From assembly GCA_044352465.1 (NCBI GenBank), contig JBILDU010000015.1, forward strand, positions 1-38,492: a stretch of 38,492 bases of DNA, written 5' to 3'. Positions within the stretch are counted from its first letter, which is position 1; the number at the start of each line of letters is the position of its first letter. Positions 19,852 through 30,039 of the stretch are shown piece after piece. The DNA comes from Bdellovibrionota bacterium. Its GTDB lineage: Bacteria > Bdellovibrionota_C > UBA2361. The notes under the pieces were generated by a model. The model was not told the DNA's origin. It was given only the letters and a program-made list of their open reading frames with translations, and made no database searches. The position numbers and the translations under genes were made by a program.

Positions 19852-20691
19852 CTAAGCCTTCGCCCCGATTGGCTTTTGTGGAGCGATAATGCGAGTGAGC
19901 GAGCCCAGGAGTTGGCGTTGCAAGGCGACGTTGTGGGTACGAATGTAGAGCGGTCCAGGTTTGTTATGGCGGTGAAGCGCCGCCGTCACGCCGGTAAGCG
20001 CTGACGCCGGGTCGCGGTCACGGGGCGAAAGCTCGTCCGCTGATTTAAGAAAACCTTTTCGGGAGCTTCCGAACATGAGTCCGCCACCACCCGCTGTTAT
20101 CTCGTCGTAGCGGTCAATAATCGTCCACGAATCTGCGGGGGCGGAGCTGACAAAAGCTCCTAGCCCACTATCTCGGATAATGTTTCCTGGGGCGACTCCG
20201 GCAGCTTCAGCAAGGTGGCTTCGGTTGTCGAGGTAGCGGTTGATGGAGTCGATGATGTTCTCCGGTGCAAGATCTTGAAAGACGTGCGGGGGGGCGCATC
20301 GGGAGAACATCACGATGATGGGACACGTGTAGCGCGCCACGACTTCAAACATGCGGGGGTCGCTGCCGGCTGAGACGTCGTTAATAAGCGTTGCGCCGAG
20401 ATCGAGAGATCGCTCGGCGACCTCAGCGTGATGAGTATCCACCGAGAGTCGGCACCGTGGGGCAAGCTCCCGGACAACCGCTTCGATACGTGTCCATTCC
20501 GTCGCAGCCCCGCAACAACTTGATCCCGGACGGGTGGAATCTCCACCTACCTCGATGATGTCGGCCCCGTCGCTGAGGAGGGCTTCGGCGTGACGGAGTG
20601 CGCTCGCCAGCGAGGTGTATTCTCCCCCGTCTGAGAAGCTATCCGGAGTGAGGTTGAGAACGCCAACGAGGAGGGGCGCTTGCGGACTCAC
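19852..20691 (-). CDS. folP: dihydropteroate synthase
   Basis: GVLNLTPDSFSDGG, GGDSTRPG, SVDT, INDVS, SRKGF and RTHNV. Confidence 0.93.
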   Translation of the reverse strand: MSPQAPLLVGVLNLTPDSFSDGGEYTSLASALRHAEALLSDGADIIEVGGDSTRPGSSCCGAATEWTRIEAVVRELAPRCRLSVDTHHAEVAERSLDLGATLINDVSAGSDPRMFEVVARYTCPIIVMFSRCAPPHVFQDLAPENIIDSINRYLDNRSHLAEAAGVAPGNIIRDSGLGAFVSSAPADSWTIIDRYDEITAGGGGLMFGSSRKGFLKSADELSPRDRDPASALTGVTAALHRHNKPGPLYIRTHNVALQRQLLGSLTRIIAPQKPIGAKA

Positions 20692-21998
20692 GGCTGCGAG
20701 GTGCTCCCACCGGTCAGGAGGTGATCGATAATCGGGATAAGGGTGGCTTTCGAGGGGTGGACGACGGCGCGGCCGTTAACCCACACCGCCGGTGTTGAGG
20801 CGAGTCCGAGCTCGATCGCTTCGTCGATATCCTCGATGATCCGCGCGCGTTGACGGTCGGCGTTCATGCACTCTGCCATCGCGGCGGTATCGAGTCCTAA
20901 AGCGGCGCCCCCCGCGGTGATATCAGCGGCAACTTTCTCAGGAGACTCGCCGGCATCGATAGATGGTAGGGTGAAGATATAGTCGGTGGCGTCCCAGAAG
21001 CGACCCTGCTCCCCAGCGCACCGGGTAAAGAGGGCAGCGGAGCACGCGTTGAGGTGAGCCATTTGGGGGATGTGCACGTTGCAGGTTTGATCGATCGGGA
21101 AGTTGCGGTGCACGACGCGAATCTTATCGCCGTACAGCCCCATGATCTCTTTGATCTCCCCGTAGAAGCGGCGACAAGCGGGGCACTCAAAGTCGGAAAA
21201 CTCAACGATGGTGACGGGAGCGTCGATCGCTCCTTTGGAGAAATCTTGTGTGGCCCCGGGAGCGCGATTCTCGGAGATCGTTACGGCGGCGGATTTTTGC
21301 CACGTTTCAACCGTATCGCGAGCGAAAGCTATCGGATCGTGGAACGGAGGAGGCGGCACCCGTAAGTTCGCTACGATGATCTTTTCCGGGATCGTCACCG
21401 TGAGAAGAGCTCCGAATATAGCTAGCGCGAGCCACCCGCACGCGGAGTTCTTATAGGTGCTCGCGCGGTACCGTCCAAGTCCGAAAGATAGCAGCGGCCA
21501 GTGCAGAAGCGCTTTGACACCCGTTGCGATCTGCTGGAGCAGCGAGGTGGGACGAGCATTGAAGTAGCTGATGAGAAGTAACGCGATATTGATTCCGTAC
21601 AGCGCGAGGCAGATGAGGCAGATCGTGCCGATGATAAATTTCGAGACAACGAAGAGGTAGATGGAAGATAACACCGCGCTGAAACTGAGAGCTGTTGCGG
21701 TCGCGCTCGATAGCTCAGAAGGGATCCGGTTTCGATCGCGCGCGAAGAGGGCAAAAACTAAAAATCCGAGGTAAAAAGCGAGCCCGAAGCTCGCGACCGG
21801 GATCCCCCCGACGGTCGACCAACGGCTCGCACTGACGGCGTCGCAGTTAAACGTCGCATTGATGTTACAAAAAGACGGTGCCGTTTGAATACCGTACTCA
21901 AGAACGATGTGGTGATGGAGGGAGTAGACCGACAGGGCCGCGCCACACAGGTTAAGCGCTGCAAGGAGGATCCATTTTGAAGAGGCTGAGTTTTTCAC
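20688..21998 (-). CDS. VKOR-DsbA/thioredoxin fusion protein
   Basis: VKOR loop pair CNINATFNCDAV, GIPVA and CLIC; C-terminal FSDFECPAC, NFPID and STP cis-Pro motif. Confidence 0.9.
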   Translation of the reverse strand: MKNSASSKWILLAALNLCGAALSVYSLHHHIVLEYGIQTAPSFCNINATFNCDAVSASRWSTVGGIPVASFGLAFYLGFLVFALFARDRNRIPSELSSATATALSFSAVLSSIYLFVVSKFIIGTICLICLALYGINIALLLISYFNARPTSLLQQIATGVKALLHWPLLSFGLGRYRASTYKNSACGWLALAIFGALLTVTIPEKIIVANLRVPPPPFHDPIAFARDTVETWQKSAAVTISENRAPGATQDFSKGAIDAPVTIVEFSDFECPACRRFYGEIKEIMGLYGDKIRVVHRNFPIDQTCNVHIPQMAHLNACSAALFTRCAGEQGRFWDATDYIFTLPSIDAGESPEKVAADITAGGAALGLDTAAMAECMNADRQRARIIEDIDEAIELGLASTPAVWVNGRAVVHPSKATLIPIIDHLLTGGSTSQP

Positions 21999-22076
21999 CC
22001 GTTTTCCCTATCTCTTGAGCAGTTGATTGTCTTGGCTAGGCCACGGGTGAACTATAACGTACCCCCCTCGCTTTGC

Positions 22077-23639
22077 TCAAGGACTTGGCCGAAACTCGTA
22101 GATGACGCCGGTCGCATCGGTATAAACCGAACGAAATTCAGGTTCGTTCAAGAGGGTCGCCGTGATCGAAAGGTCGTGAGGCAAGAGCGCGACGGTGGCA
22201 TTCCTGTCGAACATGAATTGTTTAAACAGCTCCTTTGTTTCGAGTGCTCGCTCATATTCCCGATAAAAATCAGCGCCGAGCATCGTATTGCGGTCGTCGA
22301 TGATCGGTCGTACGAACTCTCCTCCCCGCCACGTTATGAAACCACCCCACTTTGGGGGAGCGACGACGACGCTCGGGGTTCGTGGAGTGGCTGATTTTCG
22401 AAGGAATTCGACCGCACCGTAAGGAAATTCTGCGGGAGGAGGCCCAAACGGTCCGGCAAACGGGCCTACCCTCCCTCGAATGAGAGGGTCGACGATGAGG
22501 AGCGCGCACACGATGAGCGTCGTGATAATCCCACGAGACCGGGTATTTTCTTTTAAAGAGAGTCCAAGCCACGCTTGCCGTAGAGCGCCGCGCCAGCCCC
22601 GGCTCGTTGGCCCGATAACGGTGTGATTCGCCACCGAGCGGGCGAATGGGACCGCCATGACGATCCCAAAAAAAGGCACCATACGCACTGATGAGAAGGC
22701 GAGATATCCAAATATCAAGAATACAAGGAGTTCGAACGACGAAAACGAACGGGGCTTTCGCTCGGTGAGCCCGGAGATACTCCCTATAAGGCACGTCACC
22801 AGAAGCACGAGCCCAACGCCGTTGGTTGGGTCGGGGGGCAGCCACTCTTCGTGATACGTCATAAAAAATCGATCACTTCCGAGGGCGACGATCGAACGGT
22901 GGAGCTCGAGCCCGTTCGGGTTAATGCACGAACCGAGTGCTCCGCAGAGAAGCTCGCGGATTCGGGCACCGAGAGGGGGGAGTATCGTTGCGGTGTTCCG
23001 TCGAGCTGTGCAATCGAGCGCTATTCCCAGCGCTCGGAGGGCCAGGAGCAGGAGACCGAGGACGAAAGAGGGGTGGAGATTCGCCCAGACGATAAAGAGA
23101 GGTAAGAGGTAGATCTCGAACGGTACACTCCAACGCTTCGAAGCGGCGGCGGTGCGAACGTTAATCTCGCGGCGCCAGAGAAGCGCACAAAGGATCGCAA
23201 AGCAGAAGAAGCCGAAGATGACCGGGCGCAAAATGAAGTGAAGTTGCCCAAGTTTAAAAGCGAGGAGGGTAAAGGTCGCCGCCATGAGCGGGGCTCCGGT
23301 AAGTCTTACCGTCATGGGGTAGAGAATCGCGTAAAAGGTCGCCAGGTAAGTCGCCGCGAGAAATCCGTAGACGAGTGGCCACGCGCCGGCGGCATACGAC
23401 GTAAAGAGGAGTACGTCAGCCAGCCATTGGTCGGAAATCCATGGTCGGGGATGGGGGGAGAACAGAAAGGGGTCGGTCTGTGGAACTGTCTCGTGTTTTA
23501 AAACGTACTCCCCGTTGGCGAGGTGCCACCCGACCCCCGGGTCGCGTGCAAAGCCGGTCATCTGGACGGCAGTAAGAGATATAACCGCCAGCAGAGCGAG
23601 AACGTCTTGAAGTCCGAATATCCGTTGGCGTTGCTGCAT
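22077..23639 (-). CDS. multi-pass membrane protein, putative GT-C-fold glycosyltransferase
   Basis: First-loop RDPGVGWHL..G..P.TDPF..W...QWL, RP, WANLH, INPNG and EEWLP motifs; many TM segments; C-terminal soluble domain with WGGFI..IDDR. The function is inferred. Confidence 0.6.
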   Translation of the reverse strand: MQQRQRIFGLQDVLALLAVISLTAVQMTGFARDPGVGWHLANGEYVLKHETVPQTDPFLFSPHPRPWISDQWLADVLLFTSYAAGAWPLVYGFLAATYLATFYAILYPMTVRLTGAPLMAATFTLLAFKLGQLHFILRPVIFGFFCFAILCALLWRREINVRTAAASKRWSVPFEIYLLPLFIVWANLHPSFVLGLLLLALRALGIALDCTARRNTATILPPLGARIRELLCGALGSCINPNGLELHRSIVALGSDRFFMTYHEEWLPPDPTNGVGLVLLVTCLIGSISGLTERKPRSFSSFELLVFLIFGYLAFSSVRMVPFFGIVMAVPFARSVANHTVIGPTSRGWRGALRQAWLGLSLKENTRSRGIITTLIVCALLIVDPLIRGRVGPFAGPFGPPPAEFPYGAVEFLRKSATPRTPSVVVAPPKWGGFITWRGGEFVRPIIDDRNTMLGADFYREYERALETKELFKQFMFDRNATVALLPHDLSITATLLNEPEFRSVYTDATGVIYEFRPSP

Positions 23640-23898
23640 CGAATCAAATGGGGCAAACGACAGCTTTTCGTTAGGAGTCTACCCCGTTACCCAAAAAGCG
23701 GTAGGGGGAGCAGCGCTTTTTCGAGACGACGTTTTGCTTTCGAGCGACGGGGCGGCATTTTTTTCAAAAAACTCTCCCGAAATTAGATGGCGGTGGGCCG
23801 ATTGGTTCGTAACATGGCGCGACGACCTCAATACTCGATCAGTTGGGCTCATCGGCTGCTCGTTTCCTGAGGGAACTTTTTCGTAAGGATCTCCTGCG

Positions 23899-26800
23899 GT
23901 GTCTCCACAGGTCTTCAATTGGTGCCGGCTCGCCCGGGAAGGGTGGTTTATCTGGCTGCTGCTCGGTATCGCGCTGGTGCTGCGAATCGGTGGGGTCACT
24001 CACGGCGTTTCTTTTCACCCTGATGAGCGCCACATCATCTCGGTGACGGAACGAATGTTGCGCGAGGGCGATTGGAACCCCCGCTTTTTCGCCTATGGCA
24101 GCTTTCCCTTCTATCTCCATGGATTTGCAACGATCGTCTTCAAGCCGGTGTGGCCGTGGCTCGGAACGTACGATGGTCTATTCGTTGTCGGGCGTTCGAT
24201 CGCGGTGCTTTGTGGGGTCCTGACCGTTTTTCTCACTTTCCACCTCGGAAGGTTTGTCTCCGGTGCGCGCTCGGTAGGGTTCTTAGCGGCACTCCTGCTC
24301 GCGCTCAACGTTTTTCACGTGCAGCTCTCCCGTTTCTACACCGTCGATGTTGTTCTCACGACGATCTCCGTGGGTGCCACGTTACTCTTTTGTCGGATCG
24401 CGCGCGGTGGTTCGCGCCGCGATTATAGCTTGGCCGGCCTAGTGATGGGGTTAGCTCTCGCCACAAAGATTAGCGCACTTTCGTTGTTGGCACCTTTTCT
24501 TGTGGCGGTTGGAATTGAGCGGCTTAGCCGTAAAGATTGGGGCTCCTGGAGGTCTTACCGGGGAATGGTAGGGGCGTTGGTGCTGGCGTTGCTTTTCCTC
24601 TTTCTTGCGGCCCCGTACTCCTTACTCGATTATCAGACGTTTCTCCGCCACAACCACGAGCAGATCGCGATGACGCGAGGAGACTGGCGTCCCCCCTATA
24701 CGGTTCAATACGCCGAGACAGCTCCGTATACCTACGCCCTTGAGCAGATGTATCGATATACCTTTGGGCCGTTCCTTGGAATCGTGGTATTGATGGGAAC
24801 GGTGTGGCTTGGATTCCGACAGCTTCGCCGCCTCCGGCCCCTCGAATGCGTGCTCCTCGCAGCGATTATTCCGGTCTTCGTTCTCGTTGCCGGTCTGCAG
24901 GTGAAGTTTCCGCGCTACCTCTTACCGCTCTATCCGCTTCTGTGTGTGTGTGGTGCCCTTGGACTGCGTGCGCTCGGCGAGCAGTTAGCCGCTCTGGTGC
25001 GTTCGGCGCGGTGGGCGGAATCGATGCGGGTGCTCCCAGCAGCGGTGGTGATCGTGGCTAGTGCGATCTATGTGAGCGCCTTTGTCGGTATATATCGCCA
25101 GCCCCATAGTTATGTCGCCGCCTCTGAATGGATCTTTGAACATGTGCCTCCCGGAGCGCGTCTCCTGGGGGTTCACTGGGATGATAAGCTACCGCTCTCC
25201 CTCCCGGGGCGCTCGCCGCACCTGATGCGCTATCAGTATGAGGGGCCGGAGCACGAACTGGTCGTCTATGAGCCGGAATCTCCGGCAAAGCTCGACCGCA
25301 TGGCCACGCAGCTCGCGAATCACGATTTCATCATCTTGCCGACGGCTCGGACGTACGGCTCAATCCCGCGCCTCCCAGGGGAGTTTCCCGATACAACCAG
25401 GCTCTTTTCCGCCCTTTTTAGGGGGGAGCTCGGCTACGGTCTGGTGCAAAGTTTTAAAGTGCGTCCGACCGTCGGTAGCCATGTCTTTAACGACGACCTC
25501 GCCGATGAGAGCTTCTCGGTCTACGACCATCCCAAGGTCCTCGTTTTTCGGAATATCGGACGGCTCAGCCACAGAGAGATCGCTCGCCGTATCACGGCCG
25601 AGGGGACTGAAGCTCCGCTGCTCACTCGGGCAGAGATGTTGCGCTGGGATGGACCCGCGGATGATCCGCCACACTCAGCCCCGTCCTCGTGGTGGGCGCT
25701 CGTGGTGTGGTTCCTCGTTGTACAGCTCGCCGCGTTTACGGTCGCTCCCTTTATCAGCGCGCTATTTCCGCATGCGCCCGACCGCGGGCTTGGAATTGCG
25801 AAGCCGCTCGGTGCCTTTGCCCTTACCTTTGTCGTGTGGCTTCTCTGTTGGTACGGGGATGTTCCCACCTCGGGGGGTGTTGTTGGGGCGGTGCTGCTCG
25901 TCGGGATTTGTGGGGCGCATCTCTTTGTGCTCCAGCGGTGGGGCGGATGGCGTTGCTATTTCGTATGTGCCCGCCCCCATCTCCGTACCGTTGAGTTGGT
26001 TTTTATCGGATCGTTTCTTCTTTTTGCTGCGATTCGGGCGTGTTCTCCCGCGATCTTCTGGGGAGAGAAGCCGATGGATTTTACCTTCCTCAACTACTTT
26101 ACGCGGCTTCAGACCTTACCTCCTGGGGAACCGTGGGTCGCGGGGCTCCCGATGGGTTACTACTACCTCGGCTTTTACCTTCTGGGGGCTTTGCACAAGG
26201 TGACCGGTGTCGATCCAGCGATCGGCTTTAACCTCGCTATTGCAACGATCGCGGCGTGGCTCATCGCTGCGTTGTATTCACTCGGCGCATGGCTGACCGG
26301 GGCACGTCGCGGAGGGCTCCTCATCGCCTTGGGCGTTGCGCTGCTCAGTAATTGGGAGGTCTTGCGTCTGGCTTTTTTTGCAGGCCGAGCGTGGAACTTC
26401 GATCTCTTCTGGGCGTCGAGTCGGGTCCTGACTTCGCCCGCGATCACGGAGTATCCGCTCTGGTCGCTGCTCTTCGCCGATCTTCATGCCCACGTGATCG
26501 CATTACCGTTCACCGTGGCGTTGATCTTTACGGCGTTTGCTCCCTTCAAGCGCTCCGGGTGCGAGACAAGCTCCCGCGGTTTGGTCGAGAGCGCTGTCCA
26601 CGGGCTTATCCTCGGAAGCCTTTTTGCCCTCAATACGTGGGATTTCATTAGTGGGGTTGGATTTTCCATCGTTGGCGTGCTTCTCCGAGTTGTATTGGCT
26701 GATCGGGGGAGAGGGTGGTGGACCGGGGTAAAGGTGGTGGGTTTTGATGTTCTCATCATCGGTCTCACCGCGGCGCTCGTGGTGATTCCGTTCGCGGTCA

Positions 26801-27909
26801 CATCGGTAAAAACTGAGCAGATTCATTGGGGGTGGGTGCGGGGCGAATTTGCGCAGTTACCCCAAGTTGTCGGGCACCTTGGTTTGTGGTGGTTACTCCT
26901 CTTTATCGGCTCCGCCGGTGCGATAGGGCGACTCGTTCGCGGTGCTTTTTGCCGTGGCGGCCTGCTCCGGATCGGCTTCGTACTCTCGGTCGCTGCGGCG
27001 CCGCTGGGGCTCGCGATTCTGGCGAGCGGTGCAGGGGTGCGGGGATTCTCCTGGGGACTGGTAGGGATGTGGTCGCTTCTCGCGGGAGCGGCGAGTGCCG
27101 TTTTGATCGGCGCGCCCGAGCGTCTCGAACGACGGCTGATGGGAGCCCTCGCGTTGTGTGGCATCGCGCTTGGAGTTGGAGCGGAGTTTCTCTTCTTGAT
27201 GGATCGGATGAATACCATCTTTAAGTTCTATCACTTCGTGTGGACGGCTCTCGCGGTATCGTCGCTCGCGCTCGTTTACGGAGCTGCGCAAAGTGCCCCT
27301 TCACTCGGTGAGCTGTGGCGGGGGAGTTGGATGAAGCGAGCCTCCGTTGGTGTGATCAGCGGTGGTGTCGTGATCGCTGCTATCGGCACCGCAATAAATC
27401 TGTGGGCGATGGTCCCCTTTCAGCGGGTCGATAGTCCTCGCCCCACCCTCAATGGCCAACTCTATCTCGAGCGATCAAATCGGGAGGATGCGCCTATCAT
27501 CGCTTGGTTGCGGCGCAACGTCACCGGCTTACCGACGATACTCGAGGCGTGGGGGGAGTCGTACGGTCCGTACACCCGGATCGCGATGCATACCGGCCTC
27601 CCCACCGTTCTTGGGTGGGAGCATCATGTACGTCAACGCGGGGCAAGCGACGACGAGGTGAGGCGTCGTAAGCGTGATATCATGACTGTGTACCACAGCA
27701 CCGACATCGTTCAGTCGTTACGTATCCTCAAGCGGTATGGGGTTACTTTCGTCGTTGTCTCCGCACTTGAGCGGGCAACGTATCCCCATGAGGGGCTGCA
27801 GAAGTTCGACCGATATCCGCAGTACTTTAAGGTGGTACAACGCACTTCAACCGCCGCACTCTATCGGGTCGTGCTGCCTCCCGGTGGGGTTCTCGATGGG
27901 ATAAGGTAA
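23899..27909 (+). CDS. fusion of a PMT/ArnT-like (GT39/GT83) domain and a DUF2298 (Chlor_Arch_YYY, TIGR03662-like) domain
   Basis: N-half has FHPDER, NPRFFAYG, SRFYTVD, LATK and KFPRYLLP; C-half has GEKPMDF, GYYYLG, SRV, EYP.WS...DLHAH, NTWD, RMNTIFK and LGWEHH. Confidence 0.88.
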   Translation: MSPQVFNWCRLAREGWFIWLLLGIALVLRIGGVTHGVSFHPDERHIISVTERMLREGDWNPRFFAYGSFPFYLHGFATIVFKPVWPWLGTYDGLFVVGRSIAVLCGVLTVFLTFHLGRFVSGARSVGFLAALLLALNVFHVQLSRFYTVDVVLTTISVGATLLFCRIARGGSRRDYSLAGLVMGLALATKISALSLLAPFLVAVGIERLSRKDWGSWRSYRGMVGALVLALLFLFLAAPYSLLDYQTFLRHNHEQIAMTRGDWRPPYTVQYAETAPYTYALEQMYRYTFGPFLGIVVLMGTVWLGFRQLRRLRPLECVLLAAIIPVFVLVAGLQVKFPRYLLPLYPLLCVCGALGLRALGEQLAALVRSARWAESMRVLPAAVVIVASAIYVSAFVGIYRQPHSYVAASEWIFEHVPPGARLLGVHWDDKLPLSLPGRSPHLMRYQYEGPEHELVVYEPESPAKLDRMATQLANHDFIILPTARTYGSIPRLPGEFPDTTRLFSALFRGELGYGLVQSFKVRPTVGSHVFNDDLADESFSVYDHPKVLVFRNIGRLSHREIARRITAEGTEAPLLTRAEMLRWDGPADDPPHSAPSSWWALVVWFLVVQLAAFTVAPFISALFPHAPDRGLGIAKPLGAFALTFVVWLLCWYGDVPTSGGVVGAVLLVGICGAHLFVLQRWGGWRCYFVCARPHLRTVELVFIGSFLLFAAIRACSPAIFWGEKPMDFTFLNYFTRLQTLPPGEPWVAGLPMGYYYLGFYLLGALHKVTGVDPAIGFNLAIATIAAWLIAALYSLGAWLTGARRGGLLIALGVALLSNWEVLRLAFFAGRAWNFDLFWASSRVLTSPAITEYPLWSLLFADLHAHVIALPFTVALIFTAFAPFKRSGCETSSRGLVESAVHGLILGSLFALNTWDFISGVGFSIVGVLLRVVLADRGRGWWTGVKVVGFDVLIIGLTAALVVIPFAVTSVKTEQIHWGWVRGEFAQLPQVVGHLGLWWLLLFIGSAGAIGRLVRGAFCRGGLLRIGFVLSVAAAPLGLAILASGAGVRGFSWGLVGMWSLLAGAASAVLIGAPERLERRLMGALALCGIALGVGAEFLFLMDRMNTIFKFYHFVWTALAVSSLALVYGAAQSAPSLGELWRGSWMKRASVGVISGGVVIAAIGTAINLWAMVPFQRVDSPRPTLNGQLYLERSNREDAPIIAWLRRNVTGLPTILEAWGESYGPYTRIAMHTGLPTVLGWEHHVRQRGASDDEVRRRKRDIMTVYHSTDIVQSLRILKRYGVTFVVVSALERATYPHEGLQKFDRYPQYFKVVQRTSTAALYRVVLPPGGVLDGIR

Positions 27910-27914
27910 ACGGT

Positions 27915-29981
27915 ATGGTCATCGCTTTTTTTACCGCGGCGCTCGGTATTCTCGCCTGGTTACTCCGACTCCCCGTATTTGAGACGGTTATCGGGCTCCT
28001 TCTCCTCGTGCCGATAGCGGTGTATCCGTTCGTGGGCAACGGTGATATCTCGGTGCTTGCGTATGGGCTGACACTCTTTTTTCTCGGTGGCGCTTGCGTC
28101 TGGCTTCAGCGGGGTGGGGAGGCGCGATCGCGCGGAGCGTTTCTCGACTCAACCGAATCGCTTGGAGTGTTTCTCGTTTTCTTCCTTTTTAATTATTCGC
28201 TCTGCCTTCTTTGGCCTGATTTTATCGCGATGGGAGAGCGGCTGCGCGATTATGCCCTCCTCGCTTCGGTATATCATTCGCCGGTAGTTCCGCGTGAACC
28301 GTGGCTCGCCGGAGCGGCGCTCAACTATTACCTCTATTGGTATCGGTTCGGCCACCTTCTCGGCACCATCGGTGGACTCGAGGTGTGGCAGATCTATCCC
28401 CAACTTCAATCCTTCACCTTTGCGCTCTTTACCACGGCAGTTTTCCATCTGACCCGACGCACCCTGAGGTTGAGGCCGGAGCTTGCCCTGGTTGCTGCGG
28501 CGATTATCGCGTACGGCTCCAACATCGCAGGGATCGAGGCTTTTCTGAGGGACGATGATAATTGGTGGGGACCCTCGCGGGTGATTCCGGGAGCTATTAA
28601 TGAGTTTCCCGCGTGGTCGTTTCTCCTTGGGGATCTCCATCCCCATTTCATGAATCTCTGTCTGGCGCCCTTCTTGGTGGTGCTCGTGGTAGGACTGCTT
28701 GCTCGGCGAGATCGTCTGAGCGGAGCGGCGCTCGGCGCTTTACTCTTGGTCTCCCCGTGGTGGATTTATAATGCCAACGCGTGGGAGGTGCCGCTATGGC
28801 TGGGGTGGTGTGGGCTCGCCGGTCTCAGTGTTGCTGCGGCGCTATGGCGGTCGGAAACGCTCAGCGATATCCCGGGGCGGTTGCGCGCCCTATCGCGCGA
28901 CCTCCGTTTCTGGGCAGTCGTGGGAGGCGCTCTTGGACTTACCCTTTCCTTGTTCCTGTCCTCCCGGAATATCGTTCCGGGGGACACTCCGCTCAAGCTC
29001 GTGACCGGCAGTATCGCGCGCACGCACTTAGGAGACCTGCTGCGTCACTGGGGTTTTCCGCTGGCGCTTATCGGGGCAAGCCTCGTCGCCCTGCGAGCGC
29101 AGGCGAGTGAGCGGGGCCTCGCGGCGCTTCTCCTGGGTGCCACGCTGCTCTCTCCTGAGGCGCTGCCGTTTCTGAGTGCGCTCACCGCACTCGCGACGTG
29201 GCGTGCTGTGACCGCGATCCTTGAGTACCGCCAACGGCCAGCGGAGTTAACGCTTCCCGCCCTTATCGTCAACGCGTTAGGGGTCGGGGCACTCGCACTT
29301 CTTATTCTTCCCGAAGTTGTCTTCCTCGACGATCCGTACGGGGGAGAAAACGAGCGGATGAACACTATTTTTAAAGTGTATGCGGCGACCTGGTTTGCGC
29401 TCCACCTTTTCGCCTTTGCACTGCTCGCTGAGGTCGGACGTCAGCTCAGAGGTGGTACTCGAATCCGGGGTGCTCTGACAGCGCTCGGTATCGTTATGGC
29501 GATCCTCCTCACCGGATTTTTTGTGCGGACGATCGATTTACGGCGAACAAAAGAGCGTTTCATCGAGCCGTACGCCCAAGGATTAAGTGAGATTTCACGC
29601 CGCTTCGAGGGGGCCGGACCAGCGATTCAAGAGCTCCTTCGGTTACCGCGGGGAGTTGTGTTGGAGAGCCAAGGGCCGGCGTACGACTATACCACCCACG
29701 TGGCGACGTTGAGTGGGAATACCGCGTTTCTCGGCTGGGCCAATCATGTGAATCTCTTGACGCGAGCCTACGGTGAGATCTCGCGGCGCGAGGAGGTGAC
29801 GCGTGAGTTCTATCTCGGAGCGGACTGCAACGCGAAACGTTCTGTGCTCACCCGTGAGGGGATAGACTATGTGGTTCTGGGACCGCTTGAGCGCAAGGCG
29901 TATCCCGGGATCGAACCGGGCAGCTTCGATTGCCTCCGTTCCGTTATCACTCGGGGAAGTTACACGATCTTTGCGCCGTAG
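27915..29981 (+). CDS. DUF2298 (Chlor_Arch_YYY-like) membrane protein, second paralog
   Basis: GERLRDY, EPWLAG, NYYLYW, SRVI, INEFPAWSFLLGDLHPH, NAWE, RMNTIFK and LGWANH match the motif order of the upstream gene. Confidence 0.85.
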   Translation: MVIAFFTAALGILAWLLRLPVFETVIGLLLLVPIAVYPFVGNGDISVLAYGLTLFFLGGACVWLQRGGEARSRGAFLDSTESLGVFLVFFLFNYSLCLLWPDFIAMGERLRDYALLASVYHSPVVPREPWLAGAALNYYLYWYRFGHLLGTIGGLEVWQIYPQLQSFTFALFTTAVFHLTRRTLRLRPELALVAAAIIAYGSNIAGIEAFLRDDDNWWGPSRVIPGAINEFPAWSFLLGDLHPHFMNLCLAPFLVVLVVGLLARRDRLSGAALGALLLVSPWWIYNANAWEVPLWLGWCGLAGLSVAAALWRSETLSDIPGRLRALSRDLRFWAVVGGALGLTLSLFLSSRNIVPGDTPLKLVTGSIARTHLGDLLRHWGFPLALIGASLVALRAQASERGLAALLLGATLLSPEALPFLSALTALATWRAVTAILEYRQRPAELTLPALIVNALGVGALALLILPEVVFLDDPYGGENERMNTIFKVYAATWFALHLFAFALLAEVGRQLRGGTRIRGALTALGIVMAILLTGFFVRTIDLRRTKERFIEPYAQGLSEISRRFEGAGPAIQELLRLPRGVVLESQGPAYDYTTHVATLSGNTAFLGWANHVNLLTRAYGEISRREEVTREFYLGADCNAKRSVLTREGIDYVVLGPLERKAYPGIEPGSFDCLRSVITRGSYTIFAP

Positions 29982-30039
29982 CGGTGGGCGTATGCCCGTG
30001 CGGACGGCCGGAGTAAAGAAATAGCTCCCTGCGCGGTTA

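Noticed and set aside
25238..26203. 321-aa alternative-frame ORF inside the fusion gene, and other nested ORFs in the track
   Set aside because: Ser/Arg-rich off-frame products that fully overlap well-supported genes.
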